The notes beneath the pieces are model-generated. The model saw only the letters and a program-made list of their open reading frames with translations, searched no databases and was not told the DNA's origin. Below are positions 27,201 through 38,108 of a stretch of 45,401 nt of DNA, one piece after another (the first letter of the stretch is position 1; each line of letters begins with the position of its first letter). The translations under genes and the position numbers were made by a program. Source of the stretch: Intoshia linei (Eukaryota; Animalia; Orthonectida); contig LWCA01000164.1 of the NCBI GenBank assembly GCA_001642005.1, positions 1 to 45,401 on the forward strand, written 5' to 3'.

Positions 27201-30200
27201 GACAGCGAAATTGAATATAGTCAGGTGTTTTTTTTTATTAGATTTGAAATTTGGTTTGCCTTTCGGTGTTTAATAGTTTTTAAATTAACCCATCATTATG
27301 TTAAATTACCCTAGATCTCTTTTAAAGTTTGATCAAAAATTTTTTTGGAAAGGTGATTATTGCAAATCTCTAACAATTTCATAACTTATTCTATTATATA
27401 ATTTTTCAATTATTCAATATTTTTTGTTTTACTTATCTATCCTGTAATATGTAGTTACCAAATAAAACAATTAATATTAAATTGCTTTTTGACTATGAAG
27501 GACTCCATTTCTGAGAAAGGAAAATTGTTTTGCGATAAAACATTACTCTCGAAAATCTGTATTTTAAGTTGCTTTTTTTAAATTTTAGGACTCTTAATTT
27601 TTTAATTAAACTGTAACATACATTCATCCTAACTTATATAAAATTCAATGTCGTTCTGTCTGTGTCGGTGTGTGGCAGTTTTTAGCAATAACTAAGAGTC
27701 GTAGAATTTTAACAAACACAAATTCCAAGTCAGATTTTGCCGGCTGTAAATTTAAATAAATGTCAATATCAGAAACGTACGTCTTCCCGGTCAAAAACCA
27801 CAAATTATCCTTTTAATTAAAAATTATAAAAGTCTTATAATTTTATAAAAAAAATTCAATTAATATTTTTTTAAATCATAAATATTATCATAAATGGCAA
27901 TCTCAAAACAGTGTATTTTCATGATTAAAACACTCATTTCCCTTTTTTTAAAAAATAAAAATAGTCCTAGAAATTTAAAAAAATTAATCTCAAAAATTAA
28001 CGTCTTCGCTCTCAAAAAAGTATTTTAGCCCTTACGAGACAATAACACGTATACATGCAAAAAAGTACAATCATAAATTTACTATTGTTTGCATACAAAC
28101 AAAAATAAGGCGGTACATATGTCAATTGTGAACAAATTATTACTCATGATATATGAGTACAAAATTAATTTTATTATCAATGTTTACATAGTGTCAATAA
28201 TAAAATATTACTTTATGAAGGGATATTTTAGTTTTTGCGCATTAGATAAAATGTTCTTACCCTTGACCTTTAGTGAATTAAACTATCTTTAATTTTTAAT
28301 AAGATTGAACTGTACATAATAATATAAAATTTAATTTTTTGGGTTTATTATATTAAAAGTTGCAATATAATAATGATTCTATTTTAATTTTAATTAACAA
28401 AGATTAAAAATTAATATTCAGTAATGAAATTGAACAATATCAAAGGAAAATTGTCCGCTTCACAGAACATAAAATTGAATTACTGATTGTTGAGTCAACA
28501 AAAATCTAATTTCTTTATCAATTTTTTATTATAAATCTCTTGATAAAGATTAAATTTCATAGATTTAAAAATGCCCGGTAAGATAAAACATTAGCATCAA
28601 TTTAAGCAGTTATTTTAAATTTGTTTTTTTATTATTAATGAATTAAATTTAAAAAAACCTTGGGATGTGCCTTTAAAGTTTTGAACAAATTATAGCTCAT
28701 CGTAACTAACATTTATATATTATTTTTTTGAACTTTTTGTTTGAAACACTGGAGTATTTTTATAATAAAATAATTAACTCTAAATTTACATAAATATTTA
28801 TTAACAATTAATGTAAATAATTAATTCGCATCTCAATAACCTGAAGCCATTTTTAAGAACAGATTTAACGATATTTATAAGTTTTTATAAATGTATGTAT
28901 GCAATTAAAATTTCCTAAAACGTGCAAAGTAAAATAATCAAGATAAAATTTATACTCCATGGTATAAAATATAGATACGGAATATTATACATCATATTTG
29001 AATATGGATACTATTTAATGCTCCGACTAATTTAATAGTTTCAGCGTCTAATTTAATATTTATAACGCATAATTTAATTAATTTAACATTATTTAAAAAG
29101 TACTGTGGTCGTCTAATTTAATGCTTAAGCGTGTAATATAATTATTGTACTATCTAACTTAATATTCGAAACGTTTGAATAAATTTATAAATTTCTGATG
29201 ATCACCACAAATCAACATTTCTCATAAGCCGTTTTTTTATGTATTAGCATTTTTAAGTAAATTTTGGAGTTATTATTATTGCAAAATTTAATTTAATAGT
29301 TACAACGTCTAATTAATTTCGCTTCTATAATTATAATTATTAATATTAATTAATTAGATAAAATTAAAAATAAAATAACTAAAAACATTTATATTGTTAT
29401 TTTTAATTTAGTGAATTAACTGTTAATTTATCACTGCCTCAGCAAAGCTTGATTAACCTGAGCTGGTCGTCCCCTCTTTCTTTTGACATTCAATGGGAGA
29501 GCTTTCGACTCTTGAGGTACAATACACCCATCAATTTTTAATCGTATTGCTATACCGATAGAATGTTTACACATGTAATTTTTACACCAAAAGGGACACG
29601 TACACTTCGAAAACTTCTAATTTTTACGATCCAGCGGTATTTTCCAAACAGAATTTAAACATTTTCTCATATTGAAAAAATTTTCAAAACTGCTTTGATT
29701 TATTGAATTCACATATTGAAACACTTGGTCCTCGGTCAAGTTAACATTATTTACAATAAAAATTCAGTTAATAGCAGTGGCGTAGCGTGACTCTTCTCAC
29801 AAGGTGTTCGGGAATGGTTCCTTGGTAACATAACATTTTTAAATAAAGTTAAAATAAATACCGAAATATAAAGAAATGTTCATAAGGGGTCGCGAATACA
29901 GAAAATTTGAAAACCACTTCTATAAAGTATGCTTGAAAGGTAACAAGTATATTTGATATGAATTTAATTTGTTTTATTCTTGTAAATAAAATTTTTGACC
30001 GATTAGAAATAGAATACTGTATTTAAATTAAAGTCTAAATCTATATCTAAGTGTAAGTTGTTCATTTTATTTTCAACACACTTTGAGTAAAATTTGACAA
30101 TGTAAATCTCTATAGAAAATATTTCCATATTATAAATGTTAGCATAAATTTATCATTAAGATACTATGAAATTGGGTTCGCTAAATTTTCAAGACATCTT

Positions 30201-32624
30201 AAGTCAAGTTAATTTTAGAATTTAAATCTCTATAGAAAATATTTATCTAATTTTTACGATGTACAAATTTATTCTAATTGAAATTTATTATGAGTTTAAA
30301 ATTTTGTACTGATGTTTTAATTTTAACAGATAATTTATTATTGACATTTTATATGAATATCGAATATGAACTGTGATGTGATATCGAACTTAAATTATAA
30401 AAATTATGTTATTTATTAAATATAATTTTTTTAAATTTTAAATTGTCTAGGGTGTTCCGCGAACACCTTGCACACTATGACGCTACGCCACTGGTTAATA
30501 GTTATTTGTCAATAAATTAAAAGTTAGTTTTATATAAAATAAATGCTACTTCTATTAATTTAGACGCTGGTGAAATTAGACACTGTAACTATTAAATTAT
30601 ATGTTGCAATAATAAGAATATTAATTAATTCTGAGTAACCTTAACATAATTTTGACGATAATTTAAATTTAAATACGAAAATCTAAATATAAATCCATTT
30701 ATATAAGTATTTAATTAAAATATAATAAAGCTCTAAAATTATTGCTTAGATTGCATATTTTTAAAAATCATTTTGCTCGCTATATACAGTCTCAAATAAG
30801 GCTCACTGTTTTAGAACAATTTTATAGCTCAGAGAAAACGTAAAGTATTGTATTTTATTAGTAACACTTTCAATTGTTTACTTTGAATAATCTTTCGAAA
30901 TAATTTTATGAAAACGTTTGACTTTTATTTTGTGAAATTTAAGTTTTTATGAATTGAAAATGTTATGTAAATTTTAGTAAAAATAAATAGTCTCGTAAGG
31001 GTTAGTATTCATTTTTTTTATTTTGATATAAATAGTGATTTATACGGACGAAAGTACTGGGTATAATTTTTTTTTAAATTCTAGAACTTTTTTTATTTTT
31101 CAAACTTGGGATTTTGACTCTGAAGGTCTCAACTTCTGAGAAATGAAAATTTTTTTTGCGATAAAACATTAATAGAAATTGGGTTATTTTGAATTATACA
31201 ATTGTTAATTTTTGATATAATGAAAATATATATTTTAGATGACATACAAATCAATATTAAACATTTGTAATGCGATACGACTTCATTGCGAAGCTTATCT
31301 TAACAAGACTACATTGCTATGCTTTGACATACACCACTCATTTTGTATGATAATGTTGGTATTTATGGCCGTATATAGCAAACAATCCAACATAATTATA
31401 CCTCCAAGTGAATTGGAATACAACCCAGCGCTATGGCTTCAATGTCTAACAAAATACAAAATACAAAATACTTATATCGACTTTAATGTTATGAACGTTA
31501 CCTTTAACTTTTTAATAAATACAGATTGCAACATTTTACCTTCATCTTATGGAAGTAAATCTTGCATCATAAAAAAATTTGCAGACTTTGACTTTTCTAA
31601 TTTACGCAACGTTTCAATAGTTTTAAAGTACCGTTCTGTAACGAATAAATTTTGTAAAATTACCTGTCTACTCTCAAAATATGGATGGACTCCAAACATC
31701 ATTACAAATGTTTTTAGTTGTCAATGCAATTACGCTATTTGTTTAAAGGTACATTTTTGCTATATTCCGATTTTATTAAATTTTAATATTTTAGAATCCT
31801 TATTTGTATTTTCCAAATGAAATTTATATTAGTGCCCAATCGTTACGCAATAGACGTATTCAAATTGTTAATAAGGACAGTGATTGTATTTCAATTAAAA
31901 TGTATGCGGTTCCTTCTTTGTTACCTGGAGTCGAATTAATTATTGTTGATCCAGACACAAATACTCAATGCAGTGAGTGTCAGTTTGGTGAAATATGGTT
32001 ACGGTCAGAATTTGGGGCCACCGTTTTGTGTAGTATTAATGACGGTGAATCTTGTCTATCTGCAGCTGAAAGCTTTGCTAATGAACAAAGGGTTTATTTT
32101 TATATATGAAATATATATTAACAGTTTAATCATTTTAGGTGATTGCTGGTTCACCCGATATACTTAACAAGTGTTGGTCAAGGTCAGGCATTTATGGTTT
32201 TACTCATACTATTCAAAATGATTTTAACAACACTAATGTAACATGTCTATACATTTTAGGAAGTTTATCTGAACAGTTGTACTACAATAGACATTATTAT
32301 TATCATGTTGATATTGAAGATTCCATTGTACAGTGTGCTGACGGTATTAATGATGCTTGTATTTTGGCTTATGAAGATCAATTATTAGTCATTGTTGAGT
32401 ATAATGGACTCATGGAATATATTCTCAACTGTGTTATTAAAATTAGTATCAAATTAATTGAAGATAATTACATTACCCCTTCCATTATCATGTTTGTTGA
32501 ACCTCAATGTATTCCACGCAATTCCCGAGGCGACAAGCAAAGACCTCTTCTAAAAAAAATGATTGAAGAAGATTCAAGCTGCTGTCGTCCTATTTATACT
32601 CAGATTTTTAGAAATATTGCTTAA
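18282..32624 (+). CDS. DIP2: Disco-interacting protein 2 homologue (two tandem acyl-CoA synthetase-like/AMP-binding domains), spliced; first exons tentative
   Basis: Phase-consistent exons 18661-18873, 18994-19131, 19179-19231, 19281-19332, 19373-19443, 21075-21198 (SGIPKTFWNSLKRH...IDKSGAPVRFITY), 24564-24652, 24845-24952 (IVAFYACLSIGAIPV), 24990-27224, 31239-31748, 31795-32091 and 32139-32624. DIP2-like motifs: AYIEY, LDFTKTFGLWHSVL, DEVGEICV, LLPGVELIIVDPDT..C....GEIW, C-terminal IPRNSRGDKQR. Tentative upstream exons run from ATG 18282. Confidence 0.92.
19959..21050 (-). mobile_element. Near full-length Helitron-like element in a DIP2 intron
   Basis: CTAG-hairpin terminus at 19959, followed by the family blocks in order up to the 5'-proximal block near 20900-21010. 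Confidence 0.7.
21402..22555. mobile_element. Tc1/mariner-like non-autonomous element with long internal inverted repeats
   Basis: TA-flanked degenerate termini: CACTACCCGACATAAGTTTTAGTCACCC versus reverse complement CAGTGCGTGAAATAAATCTTAGACAACC. A ~165-bp near-perfect inverted pair lies at 21672-21839 / 22158-22323. Confidence 0.6.
22654..23273. mobile_element. hAT-type non-autonomous element with AGTA-rich subterminal repeats
   Basis: TIRs TAGTGTGTTTAACTT / AAGTTGAACACACTA, exact 8-bp TSD GTCTGTAC, and repeated ACTCAGTA/AGTAAAAGTA motifs. Confidence 0.88.
23294..23654. mobile_element. hAT-like MITE
   Basis: TIRs CAGGGGCGGATTCAAG / CTTGGATCCACCCCTG with GCACCCC subterminal motifs. No clear TSD. 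Confidence 0.7.
27627..28028 (+). mobile_element. Helitron-like 5' portion, interrupted by the piggyBac-like insertion
   Basis: A|TCCTAACTTATATAAAA...CTGTCTGTGTC start. The family sequence AAAAAAGTATTTTAG|TATTCA resumes after 31001 (compare the intact copy at ~6280-6302). Confidence 0.7.
29431..29760 (-). pseudogene. MULE (Mutator-like) transposase C-terminal remnant: SWIM zinc finger plus AT-hook
   Basis: ...SFENFFNMRKCLNSVWKIPLDRKN*KFSKCTCPFWCKNYMCKHSIGIAIRLKIDGCIVPQESKALPLNVKRKRGRPAQVNQALLRQ*. It has a CxC-x7-CxH SWIM motif, a KRKRGRP AT-hook and a TAG at 29619-29617. GTCTAATTTAAT-type repeats flank it at ~29020-29330 and, inverted, at ~30550-30630. Confidence 0.85.
29775..30493. mobile_element. 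hAT-type non-autonomous element
   Basis: TIRs CAGTGGCGTAGCGT / ACGCTACGCCACTG with an exact 8-bp TSD GTTAATAG. Confidence 0.92.
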
Positions 32625-33022
32625 TAGTTCGATCACCTTATTCCGATTTGTAATTTGTCACACAAGTTACATTTTTGTATATAATAAATTATCAAAAGTA
32701 ATATTAAATATAATGCAGTGGTTTCAACCTTTTTTATAGTGATATGAATTTATCTAGAGTTTATAAATTACAATCATGTAAATTACTGTCTCAAAAATAA
32801 TTTAGTTAGCAAATTTATACTTGTCAAGTAAACTATGCACGGGTTGACATGTCACGGCTTTGAACCCTTCCAGGCGGTTGAAAACTATAAAAGTGGAATT
32901 ATCTAACGGTCTATTTTCTAATTTGATTATAGGTGAATAAAAAGTTGGCTAGTTATTAACCCATTTAATGAATACATGGCACTTAGTTACCATAAAAATA
33001 ATAACGTATTTTATTAATTATA

Positions 33023-33535
33023 CTATCTTGACTGTTATGTACTTTGTACAAACAGCATCCTAGCTCTGCCGAGGGCGAAAATTTTATTCTACCATAAAAA
33101 TAATGTGGGGTTTTGATGGTGAAAATTATTTTTTTTGATGTTTCCATTTATGATAATGTTGATGATTTTAAAGACTTAACTTGATTTTAACTTTTAAAAT
33201 TAAAGTTTAATTGAAGAAGGAGGCAAAGATAACGATTGTTTTACAAGTAAATCAATTCGGAAAAATTAATTTTATTGTATTGAGCAATAATTCTTATTTA
33301 ATTTGAAAAACCTACTATTTTTTGCAATTAATTTTTATTCTTTTTAAAAAAGTCGTAAAGAATCGAAATTGTAAATATAGTAAAATTTTGCGATTCCGAT
33401 TCCTTGTAATCGTTGCATCACTAATAAAAACTTTTCCTGAAAAAAACGATATTAGAAATTGGGTTTTTTTAAATTTTACTACTGTTAATTTTTTCAATAA
33501 GTGGTTACACACATTCATTTTTTTATAAGTAAAGG
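33023..33535 (-). mobile_element. Internally deleted Helitron-like copy
   Basis: 3'-terminal hairpin motif at 33023-33077 and 5'-terminal motif (...CACACATTCATTTTTTATAAGTAAAGG) near 33505-33535. This element explains ORFs 33315-33528. Confidence 0.6.
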
Positions 33536-33631
33536 TTAATTACAAATAAATTTTCAAAATTGTATAATTATATTTTAACACATCAATGCTAAATTTTTTT
33601 CAAACTTTGTACTATACGGTAATACACACAT

Positions 33632-34180
33632 TAGGGGTGTGAATTTTTTCACTTTTTTGCGAAAATACAAAAGTGCCACCCCATACGTGGAAGATGGGGT
33701 TGATTTGATACACAATTATCAAAAAATTATATAAAAAGGATTAAAAAAACCCTAGGGCAAAGCACTTCAAAATATGAATAATGAGCAAAATTTAATTTAT
33801 TTTGTATAGTAAATTTTATGGTAATAATTATTTTCATAACAATTAATTTTCAATTCATATTTTTTTATATTTATTCAGTTTTCTCATTGGAATCGGTTTT
33901 TCATCAATTCGGCGTTCATCATTCGCTAGACGATAATTTTGCGCATCTTTATAACTATTTGTATAAAATTTTTTATATTTAAAATAATATTTTTAAGAAA
34001 ATTGTCATATATTAGTTACTGTGAGCGATACATTGTTCAAAAGTTTAGAGGCGATACCCCAGGGTTTTTTATAACAGTTGAGAGGTAAGATTGGTGAAAA
34101 TTGAATATTTTATTTTAATTTTTATATTTTTATATGGTGGAAGGGTGCACTTTTAATATAAAAATTCGTTCACACCCCTA
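33632..34180. mobile_element. TIR element (MITE) with apparent 6-bp duplication
   Basis: Perfect 12-bp TIR TAGGGGTGTGAA / TTCACACCCCTA, with ACACAT directly on both flanks. Confidence 0.75.
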
Positions 34181-35894
34181 ACACATACTCAATTAACTAT
34201 AATTTGTTAATATACGAAGATTTACAAAGTGCGTTCCAGAAATTGCAGACTAAATTTAAATCTACATGGTAGCTATTTGACCTAAAATTGTACTAACGTA
34301 AATAGTCTACTAGAGTTGACTTCCGTGTAACTATGTCATCTTAGTCTGAGACTCAAATTTGATTCAAATTGTTAGTAAGAATTTATTAGTATCAATCGAT
34401 ATGAATCACCATAACAGTAATAAAGTAAAGCTAAAATAAAAATAAGAGCAGACAAATTAACGTGACAACAAAATAAACTCTTATCTATAACAACAAAACA
34501 TTTACTCATTGTGGATTTAACTTGTTCGAAATTGCTTATATTTTTTTGTAAAATAGTTCCATTTTTCCCCAATAACTAAATAGCCAAGAAAAATCAAATT
34601 ATATAAAAATGTAAGTCTTAATGTAGAGATACGTTTTTACTAAATTTGAATTTAAAAGAACCAAAAAACTAAATGAAATTAATTATCAATTAATTTTAAT
34701 AATGTAGTTTTTATTCTCATTCATTATTGGTATTGTTAAATAATTGTTTAAATACATCTAGGGATAATTTTTTTAAATATTAATCAAGTCAGTTTTTTCA
34801 TTTTGCATTTGTCTGTTTAAAAAAAATTGAGTGATAATTTATACTAATTTTATATTTTTAGATTTTTTAAACAATTACTTTAATTTATCTATTTAATAAT
34901 TTAGATGAGTAGTAAAAAAATTAGTCTAATTTGAAATATCATTTTTATGTAGCTAATTATTGGTTAATGTATCGCTGGGAATCATTTAAAAGATTTATGT
35001 AATGTAGATTGTGAAATATGGCGATATATAAATGTGTTCTCATCGCAAACATTATTGATGTTGTTTTTTTATTATAGGTTAGCCTTGTAGACTAAACTAA
35101 TATGATAGTTACGTTTCTTTAAATTAAATCAATATGCCGTTGATATGAATGATGCAATTGAATGATTCTATGCAAAAAAATGCCAAATATTATTTCTCGT
35201 CTAACGATAAACACTGGAAATGCAATAATGTAGCCAACAATGCAAAATCATATTTAATTATACTGGACCAATTCAATCATCAACATATTACATATTAGCC
35301 AACTGAAAGTCAAGAATGAATACAACTATATTACGTTTTATCAATATTTAATTACAATTAAAATGAATCTCAACAATCAAGATATACAATATAATTTACA
35401 ATAATATGAAGGAATATAATGTTAACATTGCATTGTTTGGGATTGAGTGGTCAAAATATATTATCGCCGCGATAACATTGTGTATAAAATAATGAAAATA
35501 TTTGCTTATTTTAACTTAAATTCCAAACGTGAAATGTTTTGTGGTTATAATTTATGATTCCAGCGTACATTCAACAAGTATTGCATATATACACGCACAG
35601 GGTCTGTTTTATTTTGTTTAAAATAAAACCAATAGTTATGACAGATATTGCGCTCTGTTTTTATGTGGATTTGTTAATTTTCTTATTCCGAAATAATTGA
35701 GACCATATATCAACCTGATTATATAGATCTATTATTTATTTTTTTGTTGTTGCTATACAATAGTTTAGAAACTTGGATGCCTTTATTTAATATTAAAACC
35801 ACTATTTTTTTGATACAACTTTTTGATTATAAACTTAACATCGTTACAATTATGTTAATATTGTTTTATATTTTTTATTTCAATCAAATTTAAC

Positions 35895-36030
35895 GGGTTT
35901 CACTAAACAGTGAATCACAGTTGACCAAAGAGATTTTAGTTGATTTACTGTGATTTGGTAAATCTTTTTGGTCAACTGTGATTCACTATGATTTATTATT
36001 TAGTACTTGATTCACTGTTTAGTGTGACCG
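35895..36030. repeat. Palindromic MITE-like element
   Basis: CACTAAACAGTGAATCA / TGATTCACTGTTTAGTG termini plus an inner inverted pair AGTGAATCACAGTTGACCAAA / TTTGGTCAACTGTGATTCACT. Confidence 0.75.
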
Positions 36031-36097
36031 AAATTGAACTACATTTTATTAAATGTATAGTCCCATAACAATATTTTTTTAATTTTTGTGGCGAAAG

Positions 36098-36374
36098 CAG
36101 TGCTTCTTGACCCGTGCGCCGCAAAGATATTTGAGTTTATTTTATTTTTTATTTAAGAAAATATATAAATTAGTTTTAAACTTTTACATTGACACTTCTC
36201 TGATTAACATTTTTAATGTACTATTGAATGTAATTTATTTATATTCAGTAATATGGTGAACTCTAAAAATATCTTTACATTTCATCATACATTAAAAGTT
36301 TCTACTAAATTTGAAGCCAAACTTTTATGTATTTCACTAGTGCGCCCTGAAGTAAAAAAGGTTGAGAAGCACTG
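36098..36374. mobile_element. hAT-type MITE
   Basis: TIRs CAGTGCTTCTTGACC / GGTTGAGAAGCACTG. Flanks GGCGAAAG / GGCTAGAG match at 6/8. Confidence 0.7.
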
Positions 36375-37268
36375 GGCTAGAGTATCGTAGGTTTTTATTT
36401 AGTGTAAGGGATTTTCATTTTTTTAAATGTTTCATATGCGAAGAGTATGAAAACAACCGAGTAGAAACTTAATAAAAAAGAGTAGAAATAGATAAGTGAT
36501 AGAAAGAGGCAAAATGTGTAACTCAATAGTTACCGTAAATTGTAAATCAGTTTAAAAGTTTAATATTGTTCAGTGTTCAATGTCATAATAGACCTGATAA
36601 CTGACTCAGAGTGTATACTGAAGATTAGCAATCCTTTAAATTTAATTTTCCGTAGAAATGTAAACTGAATATGGTTGTACATTAAATAACTGGGCAAATA
36701 AAAATGTACTCTACAATACAGAATCTATTAGATACAATTAATTTGGTTGATAATATCACATTGCGTCTATTTTTAAAGTATTTTTTAACGCATTATTCAT
36801 AATTACAATAATCAATTTATCAATCATTATCTTTATCAACCAAGTTAAATTTAAAAAGTTATAAGACACGCTTTATATCTTTGGTTTCAAATTATAAAAT
36901 TGTAATATATGTTGAATATGACATTAACATTGTTTGATTTTGATAAAGTTTCCATTTTTTACGTATAAATTATTACTAAACTTAGTATAGTAGTTCCCGA
37001 GTTTTAATGTTTTACAGTTCTATCCATTCCATAACGAATTTTTTTAGAGTTGCCATGGGTTAACCAATTGACACTTTGTCGTATGTATACATCAAAAGTA
37101 CTTTTGAAATATTTAAAAATTGGTAATTTCAAAGTTAATTTATTGTTGTTTTTTATATGGATTATTACTAACTTTTGCTGATATGGTAGTTAAAGTATTT
37201 GGCTATCACTTTTCTAAAACTTTTTTCCCCAATATCTTTTTATAACAATTTTGTTAGTTTGTTTTATC

Positions 37269-37426
37269 TAAAGTGGCCAGAAAAATACGTACTATCACTT
37301 TTAGTTTATTTGGAATAAATTATAAGCCGAAAATTTTTATTCGTCATCATTAATAAGTAGTTTTGGCTTTACATTTATTACCAAATAAATTAAAATTGAT
37401 AGTATGTATTTTTTCTGGCTACTTTA
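37269..37426. repeat. ~158-bp imperfect palindrome (hairpin MITE or hairpin RNA)
   Basis: TAAAGTGGCCAGAAAAATACGTACTATCACTTTTAGTTTATTTGG... pairs with ...CCAAATAAATTAAAATTGATAGTATGTATTTTTTCTGGCTACTTTA almost up to a central loop. Confidence 0.85.
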
Positions 37427-38108
37427 TTTTATCGTGACATGATTCAATTCTTATTACCAAGACTAAAAATTAACTTACTGTTAAACTTAAAATCATAATG
37501 ACAAGGTTACTTATTCAAATTGATTACTATTATTAAGTTGCATAAGGTTTCTAGTGTTATTTTTTAATTTAAGTTAAACTAAAGTTAGTAATGAGTAAAG
37601 CATAATAAAATTACTATCGTGAATGGTCATTTCATTATTTTTGGATGAAATAATACATTTTTGTACGTTTAGTCTCACCTTTAAATTACATTTACAATGT
37701 TTTCATACATAATCAACGACTATTTTTATTATAAAGATGATTTATAAATCTCAGAATGTGAGTACAAAGCATGTTACACTATGGTGGAAATTTTATTGGA
37801 TTAATAAACTATTACTCCATGTACTAATAATATAATACATCATAGCCAATTGAGGTACTTTGAGGTTTTAAGATATGTTTTTCATTAGAATCCGAATAAT
37901 GATGTGTCATTTTACATTGGTGTTAACGTAATAGATTATAATGGTTGATGGATAATTTAACAAATTTTTTAAATTAAAATACTAATAATGAGATGCATTA
38001 GTAACCGCAAATAGTTCTCAGAATCAAATTACAATGTATACTTATAACAATATTGTACAATGTGATTATTAATACAATACATATGATTATTAATATTTAT
38101 ATTTTAGA

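Larger units (their letters stand above)
28029..31001. mobile_element. piggyBac-like element with TTAG target duplication, carrying nested insertions
   Basis: Perfect 12-bp TIR CCCTTACGAGAC / GTCTCGTAAGGG with TTAG on both flanks. CCC termini plus a 4-bp TSD resemble piggyBac. No transposase was recognised. Confidence 0.8.

Noticed and set aside
34372-35500. Possible additional gene between DIP2 and the ZC3H gene
   Set aside because: Short open stretches occur on both strands, but I could not build a phase-consistent model or recognise a domain. RNA-seq is needed.
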